DNA of 64,000 nucleotides from the human T2T-CHM13v2.0 reference genome, Homo sapiens, in the NCBI RefSeq assembly GCF_009914755.1, contig NC_060934.1. One strand, given 5' to 3'. The position numbers and the translations under genes are program-made. The first letter of the stretch is position 1; every line of letters starts with the position of its first letter. This document shows positions 56,611 through 64,000 of this stretch, in pieces. The notes beneath the pieces are model-generated. The model was not told where the DNA came from. It did no database searches and worked only from the letters and a program-made list of their open reading frames with translations.

Positions 56611-57679
56611 TGCGTTCCCTGCGCCCACGTCTGCTCCTCGAGCTCCCTTCCACAGATTTCCTCTGTACGCCCTTCTTGATAGTCACTGTCACCTGGAATC
56701 GCCTGGATAAATGGAGGTAAAGAAAATAAATGGAGGACCACATTGGAGGACAGAGTGGAAGCGGCTATTTACCAAGCAGGGCTGTGAGATGAGCGCATCT
56801 GATCCACATTAATCCTGACAGTCGGTTTATTAGCCCCATTCAACAGCTGGGGACACTGAGGTGGGGAGGGATGGGCTTGCTTACCCTGGACGATGCTGAC
56901 AGTGTGGGCCCAGCCCGGTCCCACAGCCACCAGGAGGAGGCTCCTGAGCAGGCAGGCACAGAAGTGCAGCCCAGAGAACGCTTGGGACCCTGGCACAGAC
57001 TCCTCAGGAAGGAAGCAGAGAAAGGCCCACAGAGACTCAAGCAGCACAGAAGAAGGTCACCCACAAGTTAAAAATAGATGTTTGTGCTTTACCGTCCCAG
57101 CATGCTAAAAATCCAACCCGCTCACACGCACGGCCTGACATGAGCCCGGCCTCCTGCAGCACTGGGCCAAGCGAGAGATGCACCTGCCCCTCTCCCAACA
57201 ATGGCAGGCTCGGCAGCTGCTCTTCAATGTACTTGACACCCTTCCATGAGGATTAAGCTACACTGTCCGCACTGGGTAATTTTAATCCTGACACAGCTAA
57301 CCGTGTGGATCTGCAGCACAACAAACAACCTGCTTAGGATGATTCTATCACTGACAAAGACGCTGAATCTCCCAGCAAAGCCCAGTGACGTTTCTGTTTT
57401 CATTTCAGGTAAACTGGCCCACACGGTCTAGTTTACCTGCTGATAATTCCTTGGAAAGACCATCAGGGGAGATCCACACCATTTTCAGCTTTACAGGGAT
57501 GTGAATTTCCATGCGATGAGAAAGGGAATGGGGAAATAAAACAAGGATTCAAAACAGATTGTTCTGAATTGTTTTGCCTGTGTGCTTCCTGGGAGTGGTA
57601 AAGTCAAGAACTGCCGCTCTGTGTCAGGCGAGGGAGTAATAGAGACAATGGCACCAACTCCTGAGACAGAGGACCTGAC

Positions 57680-58540
57680 ACATGGTGCAGCCACCGCCTG
57701 TGGCCACGGAAATTCCAGGGAATGCAGACCCCAGTTGCCTGGTGCAGCCACCGCCTGTGGCCACGGAAATTCCAGGGAATGCAGACCCCAGTTGCATGGT
57801 GCAGCCACCGCCTGCGGCCACGGAAATTCCAAGGAATGCAGGCCCCAGTTGCATGGTACAGCTACCGCCTGTGGCCACGGAAATTCCAGGGAATGCAGGC
57901 CCCAGTTGCATGGTACAGCCACCATCTATGGCCACAGAAATTCCGAGGAATGCAGACCCTCAGTCCCATGGTGCAGCCACCACCTGTGGCCACAGAAATT
58001 CCAGGGAATGCAGCCCCTCAGCTACATGGTACAGCCACCATCTATGGCCACGGATATTGGGAAACACAGACCGCAGTCACATGGTGCAGCCACCACCTAT
58101 GGCCATGGAAATTCCAGGGAACACAGACCCTCAGTCACATGGTATGGCCACCGCCTGTGGCCACAGAAATTCCAGGGAATGCAGACCCTCAGTCACATGG
58201 TACAGCCACCATCTATGGCCACAGAAATTCCGAGGAATGCAGACCCTCAGTCACATGGTGCAGCCACCATCTATGGCCACAGAAATTCCAGGGAACATAG
58301 ACCCCAGTCCCATGGTGCAGCCACCACCTGCGGCCACAGAAATTCCAGGGAATGCAGCCCCTCAGTTACATGGTACAGCCACCACCTATGGCCACGGAAA
58401 TTCCAGGGAACACAGACCCTTAGTCACATGGTACAGCCACCATCTATGGCCACGGAAATTCCAGGGAACACAGACCCTCAGTCACATGGTACAGCCACCA
58501 TCTACGGCCACGGAAATTCCAGGGAATGCAGACCCCAGTC
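57680..58540. repeat. 57-58-bp VNTR, 15 units (catggtgcagccaccNNctgtggccacggaaattccagggaatgcagacccNcagtN)
   Basis: Seen directly. Confidence 0.96.
57707..58527. promoter_or_regulatory. Array of overlapping NF-kB (G/AGAAATTCC) + STAT6 (TTCN4GAA) motifs, candidate enhancer
   Basis: Motif match in 14 of 15 VNTR units; function untested. Confidence 0.35.
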
Positions 58541-61500
58541 TCTAAAGTGTTATTTGTTTTATGAACTTCACTGCAGTGATTGTGGAAGAGTTTCTCTCTG
58601 TGCAGAGCTCAGCATCCAGAAGGGAAGTTGGCCCCAGGAACGCCTTCCTCCTCTTCAGAGCTCAGGGCCCAGGGCTAAGGCCCTTGGGAGAGGTCCCTGT
58701 TCGGCAACTGTGCCTGTGGAGGGCCCCCCAACACTCACCGTGTATCTCCTAGGAGCAGAGGCTGCAACAGGGACCCAGAGACCAAGCCTCTGCTCAGGCA
58801 ACAGTGAGCTGATGGCCTTCCACTCTAAGTTCCAACTGCATGGAGTGTGTATTCCATGAATGCTTGTTAAATGAATGATTCACATAATAAGGTCTTCTGT
58901 GCTGACCTTTGCTGGTCTGCTGACCATGGGCTTCAGAGCATAGACCTCATTCCTGGAGCAACCAGCTCTTCCCAGAGCAACGGCCGCTGGAGGACAAAGG
59001 CCAGGGCTTCTTCCTGCAGCAACGCACTCAGGACCCTGCGCTGGGCACACTGGGGCCTCTCCAGCAGAAGATCCCCAGCCCTGACCTTGCAACACCAGTG
59101 AACCCCAGGGGAGCCCCAAGTGCTCAAAATCAAGTAAATGTCCATTGTGATTTAACATACCAATTTTAGAAGAAAGGGCAGATTGCCACCTCCCTCCTCA
59201 AACTAGGGACCATAAATCGATACAAGGCCTTAACTGAGGCTCTGCCTTAAATCCTGCTAAAACTACCAGCCAAACACCCAAATTTACATTAAAGTTAAAG
59301 GAAAAAAAAAAACTAAACCAAACACCTGTAAGAAATGGTCAAGTAAACTGTGATACATCAACCCAAAGATTAAACATTAAAACGATGAAGTAGCAAGATA
59401 TTAAAAGAATACAAACTCTATGTACGTCATGGCTCAAGGGTTCTAAAATTACACAGAGACAAAGACTGGAATGGAAGGGGGATATGTTTACAGATACATT
59501 TTTTATTTTTTAATTTTTAATGGTATATTACTTCTCTAATATATGATTTGACTAACCAGATAATTCAGCAAAAAAAAAAAATCAATCGTGCCTATAGATA
59601 AATATGTAAAGAATCCCTCTCTCTGATGCCAATGGAATTAGTTTGGGTCCGGCCCACAGTCTTCAATCTTTGAATTAAGACACAAAAACCATCTTCCAAG
59701 CTATTAGCGAAACAAAAAATGATTTAAAACCAGGAGCCCAAAAGAAAAGACCTACCATCAGTCACAGCATCTCTCCACGCCTCTCTACCCTGGACAGTGT
59801 TCCTTCTTTCCCCATTTTCATACCTACTGCACAAAGCACTTAGTAAAAAGTTATCTCAATTCATGAGTCGCGCAGCACAAAGGGCCGATGTCACTACCAA
59901 CATACCCCGCAGCCCAAAACCGAAGCAGCAACCCCCAGCGAAGGGAAAATGAGAGGCTGCTGGTTGTAATTGTAAATCTCACAACTCAATGTCTTAGCAC
60001 TTTCCTGCCTTGTTGCTTTCAAGGGCTTATTAAAATTAACTCCCCTACTGGATATTGAAGAAAGAAGGCAGGACGGTTGTGCAGGCTCCGAAGAGGCGGA
60101 GCCCTCGTTCCGCAGCCACCGCTGTCTTTCTACCCACAGCAGCCGGGTTTACCAATTAGTCTCCCTTAAAGGGCACTGTTTATGATCATCACCAACAAAT
60201 GGATGCAATTACTTCTTTTGAGATGTAGCAAGTTTTTGGCACAATAGTCATAAACTCTGCATGGCACACACACAGAAGGAAGATTAAAGCCCTGGAGGTG
60301 GAGGCGTTCGGGAAGGGAAGGTGGAAGCAGGAAGGACACCCACAAGATAGAGTGGTCAGAAACCGACCACGTCACCAAAGGGCGCCATAGACGTTCCAGA
60401 GGACAAAATGCCCGTCTTTCCAGGGTAAACACCCATTTGCCAAACAGCCAGTGACGGCAAGCAGGAGTTTGCTTTTTTAAAGGCGTCTGAGTAACGATGA
60501 GAAGAGCAAGAAATGAGCTTAATAATGGGACTGACGGGGCCCTGGGCTGGTGACTCAGCCAATGTGCACAGCATCAAAACCCAGGTTCCTCAGTGCGCTC
60601 CCTCTGCAGTTCAGGAGAGCGCTACAACTCACCCCATAAATCACTGCTTAAAAAAAATCAGTTCTAAAAAAAGAGACGACCCATTTGAAAGCAGCTGGGA
60701 GGAGGAAGACAGTGACTCACAGAATCCAACCGCTTGTAGCCTCGGAACCATAACAAGAATATGAAACTAGCAAGTCCAGTGTGAGGCAGAACAGAGACGC
60801 CGTCATGGCTCTCAGGAGGCTGAGCGGGAAGCGCGTGGCTCGGGCCCCTAACGGCACCTGGAGCAGCCTATGGGCCTGTGCCCTTCATGTGGGTTCGCTT
60901 TCCTAGCTTCCTGGCTAAATTTGATGTATAGCATTTATTCGCCAAGAAAAGAACATTCAAATCAAACTATTGTCATAACTCTGAAGGACTCTTAACATTC
61001 CAGTCCACACGTTCAAAAGCCCACACATATCAGTGCTGCCACTGTGCAGGTCACAATGTTTTCAATGCATCTTGCACGCAACCAGTAATGATGTTTTCAA
61101 TGCATCATGCAGGTAGCCATCTCATTCAGGATACTTAAATATCTGTGACGACTTGATACTTAGTTATCTGTGACTTTCAGATAGATGTAACAACGCTACC
61201 TGGCCAAGAAGTCCTCACCCTCCTGAACCCACTGACCCTCCTACCCTCCTCTCAGTTACAACAAACTGTCCGTGAGGCTCAATGAAGCTCAGCTTTCCCA
61301 CGTTTGTTTTTTCAGAGTAAACTATTTCTTTTCAATGAAAATAATGTGTACAGAGTCCTCAGGACCTTCTCTTAGGCTCTGGAAGGTGGTCCCCTGGTCA
61401 GCTCTTACACAGGCGTGTGACTTCCTCACTGTGCAGGGTGGAACCTCCAAGAAATGCACAGGGCTGGGGGTGCCGAGGGCAGAACTCCATTCCAAAGCCA

Positions 61501-61675
61501 CAAATATCTGTGACCTTGTGCCAAGTGTCCTGAAAAAGCCACCCCCAAAACCTACAAACCTCCCACTGGGCCATCATTTTAGGATCCCCTCTTTGGCGAC
61601 AGCAACGTGCAGGCTGTGTGAAGACCATGTCTCTGTACTTGACACGTATTCATATGTGCTAACAGTAACACACAC

Positions 61676-62062
<387 letters not shown>

Positions 62063-62477
62063 TCACCTCCCTCTGCGAGCAGGTTCTCCCCTGCTGAAAA
62101 AACATTAGGCTGCACTACTGTGGAGCATAACTGCTCGCTGAAGGAATCGGCTACATTAACTAGCAGAGCAGAGCATGGAGGATGGAGTCAGTGGGCATGG
62201 AACACGCTGACAATTACCAAAGCCACAGAGTACAAAGCATGGCACCTATTTTTCAAAACTTCTCTTCCACCAAAAACCAACAATTTTTGCAGGCTATATT
62301 ATGAGTTCTATCAAAATAATTCAGCACCTCCTAAACAAATGGGAAAGAGCTCCTTCTGAAGCATGCACTGCCCAAAAAGATCAGTGACCAGTCAACAGAG
62401 AAACTTACTTCCTAATTTGAATCAACAGCTAAATGCAATCTTTTTTAAAATAATAATAATAATAATAAGACATGAGT

Positions 62478-62771
62478 CTGGGCACAGTGGCTCATGCCTG
62501 TAATCCCAGCACTTTGGGAGGTCGAGGCGGGCGGATCACCTGAGGTAAAGAGTTCGAGACCAGCCTAGCCAACATGATGAAACCCCATCTCTACAAAGGT
62601 ACAAAAATTAGCCAGGTATTGTGGCGGGCACCTGTAATCCCAGCTACTCAAGAAGCTGAGGCATGAGAACCACTTGAACTCAGGAGGCGGAGGTTGCAGT
62701 GAGTTGAGCTCATACCACTGCACTCCAGCATGGGAGACAGAGTGAGACCCTGTCTCAAAAATTAAAAAATA
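62478..62771 (+). mobile_element. AluS with 14-bp target-site duplication
   Basis: TSD aataagacatgagt at 62464-62477 and 62772-62785. Confidence 0.95.
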
Positions 62772-63029
62772 AATAAGACATGAGTTTGTCTTTATGGGGA
62801 AGTTTTCTGCTTCCACTCCAATTTGTTTGGCAATTCCATGTAAAGTATCAGTTATTAATGAAATTATTTTTAGGCCCTTTAAAGCCACAAAAAAGAATAC
62901 CCAATTATAAAGGGCAAAAATGTAGGGAAGAGAAGGGAGAAGAAAATATTCTGGGGAAAGGAGTATGAGAAAGCAGCCGCCACAGCCCTCTCATTCCTTG
63001 ACCCTCCCCAGAATGGAGCTCCAGATCAC

Positions 63030-63320
63030 CTGGAGGCCTCCCCACCCTCATGGCCTCCTCACCTGCAGGGCCTCCTCAGCCACAGGGCCTCCGCACCCTC
63101 ACGGCCTCTCCACCTGCGGGGCCTCTCCACTAGCACAGCCTTCCCCCCACGTGGTCTCCCCACCTGCACAGCCTCCTCACCCGAGGGGCCTCCGCACCCT
63201 CATGGCCTCCCCACCTGCACAGCCTCCGCACCCACACAGCCTCCCCACCCGCACAACCTCCCCACCCACACAGCCTCCTGACCGTGTGGCCTCCTTACCT
63301 GCATGGCCTCCTCCCTGGCT
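63030..63320. repeat. Degenerate ~18-19-bp C-rich repeat (ggcctccccacctgcaca)
   Basis: Seen directly. Confidence 0.8.
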
Positions 63321-64000
63321 CACACTCAGACCCAAGTATGTGAGGAGATGACCCCCCTGGCCACACAACCTGAATGTATCTCCACATGGATTCGAGGCCA
63401 TCAGCTCCCACAAGAGGGCTGCCCAGCACTTCTCCCCACAGAGAGCCCTTGTGTTTTGCTGGCCGCATGCTCTGTGGTGTGAGCTGGCCTCACCTTCCCC
63501 TGTGAGGGGGCACAGGGCACGGGACAGGGACAGGCAGTGGAAGAAGGATGGAGCCCTCGGCCCCGCAGCAGGAAGTGCCCCTGCAGCCCTGCAAAGCAGG
63601 ACACCAGCAGTGCATGTAATGGCGCCCAGCAGGCGGGCACAGCAGAACTGGACCAGGGTCTAGAAACCCACACAATGCGTAACCCACGCAGGCTGGCAGC
63701 CCACGCAGGAACCTCAGGGGAATGCTCTACTCTTTCCTTCAGTCTATGTTATGTGCTTAAAACGGAACTTTTTCCATCCTCCTCTGTAGGAAATGAGCAC
63801 TGGAAATTCCACATATGTTTCTATAATATTTTCTGATATTTTAATAAAATGATGACAACCAACTTAAAGAATTCTCTCCACTTGAATTTTGATTGAAGAT
63901 GGGAAATAATTCAGCATTAACAGCTGTTTTCAGCTTTCACTCTGAAAGCAGATACATTGAGGAATTTTTGAAGTCCAATAACATAAAGAAACACAGAATT

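Overview
Human (primate) subtelomeric genomic DNA. I recognise it as chr10p15.3 within the very large first intron of DIP2C (gene on the - strand; no DIP2C coding exon is visible here). Two anchors support this. One is the 90-nt MIR5699 hairpin on the - strand (18464-18553, both mature arms readable). The other is a three-exon, GT-AG-spliced 221-codon ORF on the + strand (26886-28008) that matches my recollection of PRR26/C10orf108, now usually treated as the lncRNA DIP2C-AS1. Locus identity is from memory and should be confirmed by BLAT. The rest is intronic. Roughly a fifth is tandem repeat (about 20 minisatellites/VNTRs with 12-175 bp units), plus nine Alus, an internally deleted L1MA, an ERV1 solo LTR, a MaLR LTR, MER8 and MIR/L2 relics. 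Nearly all long ORFs in the track are repeat artefacts. No CRISPR or prokaryotic system is present. The most notable observations are: (1) a 15-unit VNTR (57680-58540) in which 14 units carry an overlapping NF-kB + STAT6 composite element nearly identical to the eotaxin/CCL11-type element; (2) sequence evidence that the miR-5699 hairpin arose by a microhomology-bounded template switch inside the head of an AluJ; (3) a perfect 12-bp fold-back palindrome exactly at an L1 internal-deletion junction.
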